Origin: Mobula hypostoma
Taxonomy: Eukaryota
NCBI RefSeq assembly: GCF_963921235.1
Contig: NW_026948254.1
Span: forward strand, 124,001-188,000
Direction of reading: 5' to 3'
DNA: 64,000 bases
Shown here: positions 11,421 to 22,910 of the stretch, piece after piece
Position numbering within the stretch: the stretch's first letter is position 1
Layout of the letters: each line of letters begins with the position of its first letter
Notes under the pieces: model-generated
The model's input: only the letters and a program-made list of their open reading frames with translations
Database searches by the model: none
Told to the model about the DNA's origin: nothing
Program-made: the position numbers and the translations under genes

Positions 11421-11899
11421 GGCTTGTCTTTGTTCATTTTATCTGATATCAACTCATAATGTCTGTCGCCATGGAGACGACGCCGGCAGTATCGGCCGTC
11501 ACTAACACTGAGTCCAACGTACGTCACTTTTCCTGCAGTCCGACTCTCAGTTACTTTGGTCGAAAGAGCAACTTACAGCCTCAAAATAAATGCTCAAACA
11601 CACAAGTAATGGCATTAATCGCACTCGGGGACCATTGTTTCGTTGAAACGTCGCCCCGACTGCTCAGACGCCTCCCACATCCGCAGGCTCCAGCGCTGGG
11701 CACCGACTGCTCAGACAACGCAGCTGATAATATCCAACCTAAAGGGGAAATCACAAATGATGCGTCAATAGCTCGTTATTACTTGTTTACTAGCTACTCT
11801 ATATATAGAATTGTAACATTATGCATCTCGCAACTGATCACTACTCATTTAGTCGACCGCAATATACTTACAGGTGCATAAAGGATGCGGTAATAGTGC

Positions 11900-13225
11900 G
11901 GAAGCATGTAACGAACAAACGATAATAGATTCCGTAATTCTAAATCATATCCGGCGGAAAATCAGAAAGCTTTCCTGTTGCTATATTGACTCACAAAGGC
12001 ATTAGACTTGTCCCACACTCATGGAGAATAGACGCTCTTAAAATATATAAACTGCACCCAGTCCTTGAGAAATTCTTTCAACATGTGGAAGCATTAGCGT
12101 ACTGTAATTACTGTAGCGAACAAACACAATAGAACAACCACGGTTATCAAAATAAACCAAGGTGTTTTTTTTTTCCCGGGCGACTGTGTAAATCCACTGT
12201 GGCTCTCTCCCGTTTTACACCCGCAATCTAATTTACTGAATCGGACGAAAAATGACATCAATTCAGAAACAATGGAGTCGATTATACTTTAATACCCTTT
12301 CTATACATGGTTGATTTGAAATTATTTGCTCCTTCATCAATGAAGAGAAAACAACTAATTCAAATAGCAGTACTATTTTCGAACGTTATAATTATGAACT
12401 TTGGACTGGATGAGTGTCGAGAATTTAACATACAGAAAGGTGCAACCGAGCTAATAGAATATAAGCCACAGCAGCGGGATACAATACAACCGATGGACGA
12501 ATATGGGGTGTAAATATCTGGTATATCAACAATGAATGAAAACAGATCATAGTTTCCTAAGGGAAAACATTTTGACAGAATTTACTTCAAGGTTTCAGAA
12601 AATCTGTTAAACGCAGCTCAACAGTAAAGATACAACAAAGGCGATACACACTTTCACTACACCCATATTAACGCATCATTTTGTCATAATATCCGCAACA
12701 GATCTGGAAATTTAAAAAGAAAAGTAAGAATTGAAATGGGATTTTTTTAGGTAAAAAATGTATATTCGAATTCGCTTAGATTAACTCTATTTATTATAGA
12801 AGAGGGACGAGGAATAACAGACATTAAACATTTACTGACGATACAACGACAGTCAGATACAACTTCTGACAATATATTTTCATCAACGAAAACCGTATTC
12901 AGCATTCGACGCGAGCACAGGCAATTCTGATAAGAAGTACAAACCACTGAACTGAAATGAGAGCACAACTCAGAAGTAAAGAAGTAATTATGAACATTGA
13001 AAAAAAAGTTATCTAATGGAAGAGCATGGCCCATGATGGGAGACTCCTCCCCCCACGATCTGAGCAGACTGGATTTACACAGGGAACCGTCGAACGCCCG
13101 GGTAAAAGTTGGAGACTTCCCAGAAACAAAGAGTTTCTTGTGGCAATGCAGGACCAAGTGGTTAACACACACACACACAAATCAAACATACTTATAAAAG
13201 ACAACACAATCAGCATGATAAATTA
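11900..13225 (+). mobile_element. Degenerate R4/Dong-clade non-LTR retrotransposon, RT region
   Basis: Remnant motifs YID..KA.D.VPHSW, GD..SPLW, LYM(D)DLKLFA, FGLD.C, GRGI, FPET..FLVAMQDQVVNT; many stops and frameshifts. Confidence 0.75.
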
Positions 13226-13229
13226 GAAA

Positions 13230-13233
<4 letters not shown>

Positions 13234-13289
<56 letters not shown>
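13234..13289. repeat. (GA)n microsatellite
   Basis: Perfect GA run. Confidence 0.95.
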
Positions 13290-13291
<2 letters not shown>

Positions 13292-13616
13292 TAGAGGAGA
13301 TTTACAATGATGTTGCCAGGATTGAAGGTCTTACGTTATGAAAACAGGTTGGGTGAACTCGGCCTTTTCTCCTTGGAGCGACGGAGGATGAGAGGCGACC
13401 TGACAGAGGTGTATAAAATAATGAGAGGTATTGATAGCGAGGGGCTTCTTTTGCCCAAGGACTGAAATGGCTAACAGGAGGGGGCATAGTTTCAATGTGT
13501 TTAGAAATAGGTATCGAGGGGATTTCCGGGGTATTTTTTTTTTTCACACCAGAGTGGTGGATGCGGAGAATGCACGGCCTGCGGCGGTGGTGGAAGCGGA
13601 TACAATAGGGTCTTTT

Positions 13617-13718
13617 TAAGTCCTGACGAAGGGTCTCGGCCTGAAACGTCGACTGCACCTCTTCATAGAGATGCTGCCTGGCCTGCTGCGTTCACCAGCA
13701 ACTTGTATGTGTGTTGCC
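13617..13718 (+). mobile_element. Penelope-like pLTR mini-insertion carrying a hammerhead ribozyme motif
   Basis: 10-bp TSD agggtctttt at 13607-13616 and 13719-13728. Confidence 0.8.
13619..13654 (+). ncRNA. Minimal type I hammerhead ribozyme motif
   Basis: AGTC-CTGACGA-AGG-gtctcgg-CCT-GAAA-CG-TC-GACT: stem I AGTC/GACT, intact CUGAnGA and GAAA core, stem II AGG/CCT, GUC cleavage triplet. Confidence 0.75.
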
Positions 13719-14249
13719 AGGGTCTTTTCAGAGCCTCTTAGATAAGTACACGGAGCTTTAAAAACTAGAGAGCTATGCGCTTGGGAAATTCTAGGCAGTG
13801 TCTCGAGTAGGTTACATGGATGACACAGCATTGTGGGACGAAGGGTCTGTAACGTGCTGTAGATTTTTATTTTCTCTGTTCTGTGGAGCATGATGGGGAA
13901 CGTCTTCATCCGATGGTGGTGGGAATATGTGACAACTTGCAAGAGGATGCGGATACTGTTTCCCCATGTATCAATATATGAATTAGTAGGTTATGGTTGG
14001 CTTTGGTGTGGTTTCAGATCGATAGGATTAGCCAGAGTAACAGTTCAGCACAGACTAGCCAGGCCGAATCGTCTATTTTCCGCAGTGGTGTTATATGCTT
14101 CTATGATTTTAAATTGAAATTGAACCGACGCAGACATCTCCACCCAGCACATTCTGACACCAGGGTGCTGTTTCCAGCGCGGCGACAAATAAATGTACTG
14201 TATGCACAGTATATGTAAATCAACGATGTATAAAGTTTGGAATAAATAT

Positions 14250-14485
14250 AATCCCTCCATCCCTCCCCCACCTGTCTTCTCCAATCTTTTCGGATGTCCC
14301 CCTCCCCCTCCCACTTTCAAATCTCTTACTAGCTCTTCTTTCAGTTAGTCCTGACGAAGGGTCTCGGCCCGAAACGTCGACTGTACCTCTTCCTAGAGAT
14401 GCTGCCTGGCCTGCTCCGTTCACCAGCAACTTTTATGTGTGTTGCTTGAATTTCCAGCATCTGCAGATTTCCTGGTGTTTGCGTT
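14250..14485 (+). mobile_element. Penelope-like pLTR fragment
   Basis: Same family as 13617 and 27525; imperfect TSD aataaata(t/a)aatc. Confidence 0.8.
14347..14382 (+). ncRNA. Minimal type I hammerhead ribozyme motif
   Basis: AGTC-CTGACGA-A-GGG-tctcgg-CCC-GAAA-CG-TC-GACT. Confidence 0.72.
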
Positions 14486-15949
14486 AATAAATAAAATCAC
14501 TTATTTATTGTTTGATTTGTTTATTCTATCTTAATTGTTCGAATCTATCTTTGTTCTCTTTTGCTTATTGGAACACAACCGCAATCACATATTTCCATCC
14601 AATCTTTGCATTTTTTTTTCTTTTAACCGATTCCCGATGTATGAAATAATCAAAGCCAGCTATTTCTCCAATCTTTGCGGCAAGTGTGAAAACTTATCAC
14701 AGCAAGAAGGCCAAAAACACAAAGACCCCAGGGTTCCCTGTGACTGGAGTAGAGAACTACAACTACCGTGAGGTGCTCCGACGCCACCGGAAGTTCCGCT
14801 CCCTTTCAAGTCACCAGCAGTTCAGGAGAAGCAAACGCACAGGCGCCCGTGTCTTTATAAATTTACCAGTATATCATCGTTACCAGTATATCCGTGGTAA
14901 TGTTTTCATCTAATCTGACTGTAATAGTCTCATTTCTTACCGCCGCACATTCATTGAAATCATCGGTTATTTAATGAACACTTGCCTTTTGGTGGACTGT
15001 GTTACAAGACAGAGGCAGGGTTTGCAATCAGCTTTACAAACTATTATCTTACTGTCCGATTTGTAACGAATTCATTTTACTACTGCGTCATTTATTTCAT
15101 CGCTGCGTCACTTTGATCAGCGAAACCCCTTAAATTTGCGACTTTTCCAGCTGGTGATTTTGCAGAGACTTCCGGATGACGGAATACGAAACAGGTAAGC
15201 GAGCACCGCAGAGCATAACTATGCAAAGTGTCGGGACGCAATTACATTAAAACAAGGAGTAATGGCGGAGAGGCACAGGAACTCGGAGCGGGGGAATGAG
15301 AAACTAGCAATTATGTAAAAATGACTGTACAAGCGTGGCTGACGGATGGTGAGACGGGCAGCTCGGCTCTCCGCTGCACCATTGCTCTGATGGAGGTGAA
15401 ATGGACGGTAGTTGCGTCACTGACGGTAGTTCACAGGAAGTACGTACGTCACAAAGGATGGGACCCAGTGACGTAATTGGGGAACAAGTCAGAAATACGG
15501 AAGGGAAGATCACAATGACAACACAACAGGGCACTCAATCGTTAGCTCGATGTAGAGGGGAAAATTTGGAGGAATTCAGAGATAGGTGTATGAATAATAA
15601 TAGGGTGTAATACTTCGTGAGTTTATCTTCTTAAATACTGCCCGAGATAGCCTAAGTGCCAGCTGTTTGGATTGGTAACAATGTGTTATGAGCCCCCAGG
15701 AATGCTTTGTGAATTAAGATGTACATGATTATGAAAATCAGACGGTGACCCTCGATCACTTGTGAGGGAATGAGACTGTCCCCGTGGCTTATGTGTCCGT
15801 GGGGGCTCATTTGTGACCAATGGCCATCACTCTAAACGATCACAGGTTGTTAGAGAGAAAAGATGGAACAGACGTTGAAGTCAAACACCTGAATGGTCGA
15901 ACACTAATTCCGGTGGCATAAGGCAGGAAGTTGCAAATGTTATATTAGT

Positions 15950-17450
15950 AAACGCTGCACATGTGTGAAGCTTTTGAGAAAACATGGGTGTCAGAATGCT
16001 CAGGTTAGAGTAAAGGGCAGCGCTGGAATAAGCAGGCAAGCTCTTTTTACAATGACCATTAAGGGTAATATTAGGAACAATACGGAGATGAGGTATCTTC
16101 TGGATATACGCAGCCGGGATCAATCAGTTCCTTGTTCAGTAGAAGGAACATGACAGTACCTGAGTAGGACAAGGGTTGGCCAAGAAATGCTCCTTACTGA
16201 AAAGATCAAAGAGAAACCGAAACGATTGATTTTAGAAGTGTGACTGCAGGGAATAGACGCCGTTAACATAAATGCTGATCTATCTGTAGAACCACAGGAA
16301 ATGGTCGAACTGTTAAATGAACGCATCTCATCTATAATTACATGTGAGACGGACATTGTGAGTTCACTGGAGGGGTCTATTGCACGTGAGAGCAAATCAA
16401 CATTAGAAAGGTTGAAGTTCTGGAGTTCTTCATGAATATGGTCTCCAAATTTGAGGAAGGACATTCTTACTACTGAGGGAGTGCAGCGTAGGTTCAGGAG
16501 GTTAATTCTTGGGATGGCGGGACTGTCATACGTTGAAAGATTGGAACGATTGGGCTTGTGTACACTGGACTATAGTTGGATGAGAAGGGATCTGATTGAA
16601 AGATATAAGATTGTTTAAGGGATTTGACACGCTAGAGGCAGGAAACATGTTCCAGAGGCCACAATTTGAGAAGAAGGGATAGGCCATTCAGAACGGAGTT
16701 GAGGAATTTTTTTTTTTTCACCCAGAGAGTTGTGGATCTGTGGAATGCTCTGCCTCAGAAGGCAGTGGAGGCCGATTCTCTGGATGCTTTCAAGAAAGCG
16801 TTAGATAGAGCTCTTAATGATAGCGGAGTGAAGGGATATGGAGATAAGGCAGGAACGGGGTACTGATTGTGGATGATCAGCCATGATCACAGTGAATGGT
16901 GGTGCTGGCTCGAAGAGCCGAATGACCTTCTCCTGCACCTATGGTCTATTGTATATTGTATATCCTACTATCTTCGCCTACTCTATCCTATGGGGAAACA
17001 AAGCACAGATTGTTGTGCCTTTGGAAGCGATCTTTGTGCCCTCCTTATCAAACAGTAATGAATGGAAAGGATGGCGGATGGACAATGTTGTGTCGCAATG
17101 TAAGACACAGATAAGCCGGGAACTACTGCAGATGAGCTTCACAACAGTGCAGGGTCAGACAATGGATGGGATTCAGATGGACAGGATTTACCTGAAGAGA
17201 CAAGTGGTGTCGCCGGCAGGGGTCAGTTTGACCGAGTGGGCAATGCAGTGACAGGTGGAATACAGTGTATGAAGGTGTGGGGTAGGACTTAAGAAAGAAA
17301 GATTAATGCGCAAAGAAGTTTCTAATTGCGGAGGTAATTCAGAAAAAAAAAGATTCATATGAAGTGACGAGTCCCAGCTCTGGATTTACTGAAGGCTAAC
17401 GTGCAGGGCAATTGCTTAGTAAAGAAGCGAATGCAATGCTGGCAGAGGAG
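15950..17450 (+). mobile_element. CR1 LINE fragments (younger 3' end at ~16410-16958 among older remnants)
   Basis: WSPNLRKDILT.EGVQRRF; RRRDRPFRTELRN.FFTQRVVDLWNALPQKAVEA; ctattgtatattgta tail. Confidence 0.8.
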
Positions 17451-18581
17451 TCGCATTTGATGCCACCGATGGCGCGGAGGTCCGGTTCGTGGGTGAAGTT
17501 AAAGAAAATAAAGTTTGATTGTTAATTCGTGAGGGGGTTCACAGTTTCTTGGTGAATAGACTTGGGATGAGAAAGAGATTACCTGAGAAAGAACAGCAGA
17601 AGAGCTCGATGGAGCGAATGAGCGGATTGTGCTTCTGTATCCTGTGGTTTAATGGTCTGATTCCGAGTCGTTCGACCGTCAGTATTGACCATCGAGCCTT
17701 CGCCCAAAGTCTTAATAAACTGTCTATCGACAGCTTCTGTATCCTGTGGTTTAATGCCGTGTCATTTGACCGTCGGTGTTAACCATCGGGCCTTCGACCG
17801 AAGCCTCAATAAGCTGTCTATCGACAGCTTCGATCGCTTTGCCTTCATGAACGGTCTTGTTACCTGCTAAAAGACACCCAGGGAAATGAGGAAGGAAGAC
17901 TTCCTTCCTCACAACGTCATGCAAGTCACCATCAGCTACAGACTTTCTGCAGGTGATATTTGGACCTTGGAGAGACACTGCCTGTGCAGGGAGACACATC
18001 ACAATGTTGATACCAACTGACTGGACAGGCACACTCACAGCTGAAGTGAGGATCTCTGTACACGCCAGTGTTGTCTGCTCATAGTGTTTCAAAGACCGTG
18101 CCGATGTTGGAGGCAATCAGCTAAGTCTCTTTGTGGCGCTGTCTGTTCAGTCTGCGTACGGGCCAGGCTCGATCTGATTTCCGGAGCGCTCAGTGTGGAT
18201 TCCGCCCGTTCTCCTAGTGACGGCAGTATTTCCGCTAGTTTCCAGTTGTTCCGTTTCCTCTCCGTCACCGAGTGCAACGGCTTTTAGGCCACTCGACCGG
18301 TGAGTATTTACACCGGAGGGTGGGATTCGTTATCGAAAGTGTCGTGGCGGTGACGACAGCCGGAATATAGCGAAAGAGAATAAAACAATAAAAGGTAGGT
18401 TGAGTTTAATAGTTGATAGAAGGGTTACGTGGTGGGCTGTGGGTGCGGGAGGGGATGTTTCCGAGCTGCGTCTTTCTCGGAATCTAAACCAATTTTATTC
18501 TCGCATGTGCCACGATCTTCGGTGCCCGCCGGTTCTGTAACGTCAAGACAGAAAGAAAACAGCGACCGCCTCGGAGAGGCA

Positions 18582-19492
18582 TTAGATATTGCGTTTGTTA
18601 ATCATTTGAGTAATTGACGTGAGAGGATATTTCGCTGCGCTGATGAACTGCTCTCTGAACTTTGTCTGCGTTACCCCATAAATAAAAGTGTTTGTACAGC
18701 AACTTAATAACATCAGCATGTAACCGGTGTGTTCAACTATGTATTCCGTAACGTTGTAACTATTCTGATCCAACTCGGCGATGGTGTTATACAGGAATTC
18801 GGCGACATTTAGGGACCACAGAGTGATGAAGCTTCCGGAGATGGTGAGAAGTAAAATCACAGACCTCCTCCTGCTCTCCATCTCCGGGTCACTACGGTTA
18901 TCTCCCTTGGTATGGCCCCTCAGCCCCTTACGGACGCGACTTGTCACTAGGATGTGTCTGACTGTCAGAGCGTTGAACAGTAGTATTAACACGAACGGGA
19001 GTAACGGCGTTAGGACGGTGGAAAACATTCTATATCCCACCCACCCGGGATCCTCAAAGTAGGCCGGCTTTCGAATACAGTCCCAGGGTATATTGTCAAT
19101 CACGTTAACAGGACGAAATATAAAGAAGATGGGCACATTTTTAAAAAAGAACAAAACACCGGTTGTTGTCAGAATCACAGCCGCAGTTTTCCCGGTGCAA
19201 TACTTTGCTTTCAGCTTCTGCCTACAGATGGCGACAAACCGATCAAATGTAAAAGTGACGGTGAACCAGACAGAACAGTCAGTGGCTGCCTCTCCCAGGG
19301 CAGAGATCACACTGCATACGGGGGTGATGTCCAGGAAAGTCCCGGGGAAGTAATAATAACTGACCCGCCACAATATGACCGGAAAGACGATGGTTAGTAG
19401 ATCCGCCGTAGCCATGGCCACCAGGTAGCGGGTGGTGCAGGTGGAGATGCCGCACTTTCCCCGGGACAGGATCACAATCGCCACTAAATTCA
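18582..19492 (-). CDS. gpr139-like: GPR139-like class A GPCR copy B, exon 2 (911 nt; spliced product 325 aa)
   Basis: Intact frame covering late TM1 to TM7; acceptor cccccag|TG AAT; TFDRFVAIC, Cys in TM3 and ECL2, CCTNTFIY, helix-8 KFR. Confidence 0.92.
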
Positions 19493-20532
19493 CTGGGGGA
19501 ACAGCAAAAATAATGAGTGAATTACTGTCTCGCCGCTCCATGTGCTAGATGAGTTGGAAATTGAGAAGAATACTCGGTACTGGAATAGGAACTTTGTTTT
19601 GGAATCGTTAACTGATCACCGAAAGTGCTTTGTAGAAATCAATATCATTCTCCCATCATCACCTTTTCTACTGAAGCTTGGATACCTCGGCCGCATTCTC
19701 AGCGGTAGTGATCGCCGCCTTCCCGTGAGCTATGATCTGCCCGGTCCTTCCTTCTCATTCCATTTAAGAATTTCAAATGAATTTAGTTTTTTAGTTCGAT
19801 TGTTTTCGCTTCCCCCTCAGTTCCCGTTTGCACACGGGGCCTCGGCTGGCTCGCTTCTTTTAAAATCTGCAAGTAATATTTGTTGGGGTTCCTACACCAA
19901 TTCTTTTCTGATCGGTGTCAGTATGTAGGATCAGAAAGTTCCAATTTTCGCTTTTACATATTGTGTCTGACCGGATGAACATTTCAGATATTTTGCTTGT
20001 TAGTGCTCAAAATATCCAATTTCTAAAGCATAGAAAATATAGTTACTTCGAATCATCTTCCTGTCTTAGATGTCGCTCCAAATCACTGCAGTGTTTTTCT
20101 AAATGCGAAGCTTATTGTTCCAGAGCCCCTGACGGAAATCGCTGTATTGGCTCCTAACTCCAATCGCTTCACGGAACAGTTCATGGAAACAATCCCTGGT
20201 GCACTAAAATCGCGCATAGACCCTGATTTAAATGTTGGAAACTCCCGATAGTTTGAAGTCCAAGTCATAAGTTTTGTCTACCTCTCTCCCCTGAATCTCA
20301 CTGGCGAGCCGCTTCCCGCGTTTCCTTCACACTTACAGCGATTTGATAAAGCACAAAGCAATGTCTTTACATTTGAATTTAAAGCAGGTTGCACTATTGA
20401 TATGGAATAATACCGAGCGCGCTGGATTATGGGGGTTTACATTGACAGCGGCATCACAACGCTGTCGGTAAATGAACGAGTCCAAAGACTGTACACACAG
20501 AACTGCAAAAGTTAATTCGCCTATGTTCTCAC

Positions 20533-20599
20533 CAGGAACACCAATAACGGCAATGATCATGTGACATATCTTCCTCACAAGGTAAAATGTTTCAAGCAT
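20533..20599 (-). CDS. gpr139-like: GPR139-like copy B, exon 1 (MLETFYLVRKICHMIIAVIGVP, phase 1)
   Basis: 67 nt, donor G|gtgaga; G+TG rebuilds Val in frame with exon 2; same geometry in copies C and D. Confidence 0.88.
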
Positions 20600-20835
20600 A
20601 CTGTGTGAGACTCAGCCTGTCTTCCAGCTGCCCGCGATCTCGCTGAAGAAACTCTGAGCTGATGAATCTCCACGGTCATTCATTTATACTCGCTCCAGCA
20701 CACTGAATATTCAATACTACACAAGGCTGACGTGTCTTCCAACAGCTGGGATAAAAATAAAAATAATATAATTCAAGTGAAATCCCAACTGTGATGAGGT
20801 ATGGATAGCTTGACACGAAATTGCAAAATCTCAAT
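20600..20835 (-). promoter_or_regulatory. Conserved proximal promoter/5' UTR of copy B
   Basis: TATAAAT at 20682-20688 (minus), TGACGTGT at 20728-20735, TGAATATTCA palindrome; highly similar upstream of copies C and D. Confidence 0.7.
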
Positions 20836-20924
20836 GACGACACGACATAACGGAGAAGTCAGTGAATATAGTTGTGAAACCTTCTCAGGCTGAACTCTAG
20901 GTTTCATAATTGCTGTTGTGGAAG

Positions 20925-21050
20925 CAGCTAACCCTTTCCTCTCCAGCTCTGAGGAGCGTCTCGGCCCGAAGCATCGACTATTTAATTATTCATTTCCATA
21001 AATGCTACCTGGTCTGCGGAGCTCCTCATGCGATTTGTACGTGTCAAAAC
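20925..21050 (+). mobile_element. Old Penelope-like pLTR remnant with decayed hammerhead core
   Basis: ctgaggagcgtctcggcccgaagcatcgact...atgctacctggtctgc. Confidence 0.55.
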
Positions 21051-21149
21051 ATTTTTCAGAGGAATGTTCGAGTAGCAATGCATCACCTGAGGCTTAATAG
21101 AAGTTGAGTAATGCAATAAGCATTGATCCGAAAGATAAGAGTAATTCAA

Positions 21150-21622
21150 AAATGGAAAGTTTTAAAAAGAAGAAAATTCTTGTTTTTTAATGGCCGAGTC
21201 AAAGTTCGGAACTTAATCAGTAGAAATGTTGTGGATGGACATGAAGCGAGTAGTCCTTGCAAGGAAACCTAGCAACTCGTCACAGCTGAAGCCACTTTGT
21301 AAGGAGGTATCCGTTAAATTTCCTCCAGGTCAATTTTTTGGACTGATCAATTGCTGCCGGGAACGTTTGTTGGAAAGTACTGCTGTGCAAGGGGGGTCAC
21401 ACGTGTTACTGAAAGCAAAGGTTCACATGTTTTTCCAACAGTTGCATTAATATTGGATCATTTGCCTCAATAAATAATTGTATAAGTCTCATGTCTTTTT
21501 GTGTTATTTATTTAATTGGGTTCTCTTTATCTAGTTAGGGACCTGTGTGAAGATCTGATCACATTTTCGGCCATATTTATGTAGAAAGAGAGAAAGTTCT
21601 ACAGGGTTCACAAGCCACTGTA
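21150..21622 (+). mobile_element. Tc1/mariner DNA transposon 3' fragment
   Basis: WPSQS.(D)LN..EMLW.D.KR.V.ARKPSN...LK..CKE motif; ends ...cactg+ta. Confidence 0.82.
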
Positions 21623-21886
21623 CTTAGGCATATTAACTTATTTGACATTTTGAATTGCACTTTCACTATAAAGATAATACGACATTGTATATTCGTATTT
21701 CGTGACGTGCTACCTCTATGTACCTGTGTATTGAATGATCTGAATTGAGTAGCACATAAGAAGGGCGCTCGCTGTGTCTGTATAATTGTTGAGGTAATAA
21801 GGTAGTGGGTCGTTGGTTATGGGTAGTGTCACGTGACAGACCAACTTTTTTTTTTGGGAGGGAGGTGTTACATACCCCGTGGGTAT

Positions 21887-22910
21887 TGTCACGTATCCCG
21901 TGACGGGTTAAAGAACCAGCAGAAATAGAAAGCACTTTGGAGTCCAGTATTGCTATTAACTAATACTATTTATTAGTAACTACGCAATACAGTAATTTAA
22001 ATGCAGGTATATCAAACAGAATNNNNNNNNNNNNNNNNNNNNNNNNNNNNNNNNNNNNNNNNNNNNNNNNNNNNNNNNNNNNNNNNNNNNNNNNNNNNNN
22101 NNNNNNNNNNNNNNNNNNNNNNNNNNNNNNNNNNNNNNNNNNNNNNNNNNNNNNNNNNNNNNNNNNNNNNNNNNNNNNNNNNNNNNNNNNNNNNNNNNNN
22201 NNNNNNNNNNNNNNNNNNNNNNNNNNNNNNNNNNNNNNNNNNNNNNNNNNTTCTTCAACTCTTGGGGTAAGCAAGTAGTCTTAAGATGATGAGTAAAGTT
22301 CAGTTCAGTTCCTGGTATTGTGCTGAGTACTGCTGGAGAGAAAGAGAAGGAGAGCTTTGAATCTCCAGGTGAGCTGATGCCGTTGATCTTCCCTTTGTCC
22401 TCCGAAATCCTTTAGAAGTCAACGACTGTGAGCACAACAAAGGGGGCCGTTCTTCTGTGGTTGAATTGTCAACCCAGGCGAGGATTGGACACACGAATAA
22501 CTGCCCACCGGTCACACCCTTTCTATACTGCAAGAACAACTGATCGATCCGCCTGATCCATCCTCCAAAATTCTCCCTTTCTGTGGGCACAACGAAGTTC
22601 ATTCAGTGTCCAAAGCCATGTGCCCGTAGGTCTATCATCTGACCTATTTATCTCACTGCGCTGAATACCAACTGTCTCTCAAACAGCTCCTCCCTTCTCT
22701 CTCTGTAAGAACGTACATGCAGGAAATGTCCCTGTAGAATGTATAAGTAAACTGTGAGCGGTCTTTGTCTCTCTCGCTCTCTCTCTCCCTCTCTTTCTCC
22801 CTCTCTTTCCCTTTCTTTCTCTGTCTTTTTAACAAGGTGTCTAGTGTATGGCACCTCATTCTCTCTCTTTTCAAAAGCACAGTTGATAGGGGTAACACAG
22901 GACCCCGTCA
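21887..22910 (-). mobile_element. Gypsy-type LTR, spanning an N gap
   Basis: Begins TGTCACGTATCCCGTGACGGG; homologous to solo LTR 60572-61497; no clear TSD. Confidence 0.6.
22023..22250. other. Assembly gap
   Basis: Run of N. Confidence 0.99.

Larger units (their letters stand above)
13290..14110 (+). mobile_element. CR1 LINE 3' fragments, interrupted by a Penelope mini-insertion
   Basis: RRFT.MLPGL..L.YE.RL..LGLFSLE.RR.RGDL.EVYKI.RG motif; CR1 3' tails. Confidence 0.85.

Noticed and set aside
18781-19353. Antisense ORFs over the GPCR exons (also 56814-57074)
   Set aside because: Shadow frames; their similarity simply follows sense-strand paralogy
19493-19541. ORF-track starts MERRDSNS (B), MEWRDNNS (D, 56626) and MSPNF (C, 38736) as single-exon N-termini
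   Set aside because: They read through the intron's pyrimidine tract and acceptor; a conserved 67-nt upstream exon with TATA box and phase-matched donor supplies the first half of TM1. Minor use of the intronic ATG cannot be excluded
21966-22274. ORFs containing long X runs (also 26939-27327)
   Set aside because: They span assembly gaps
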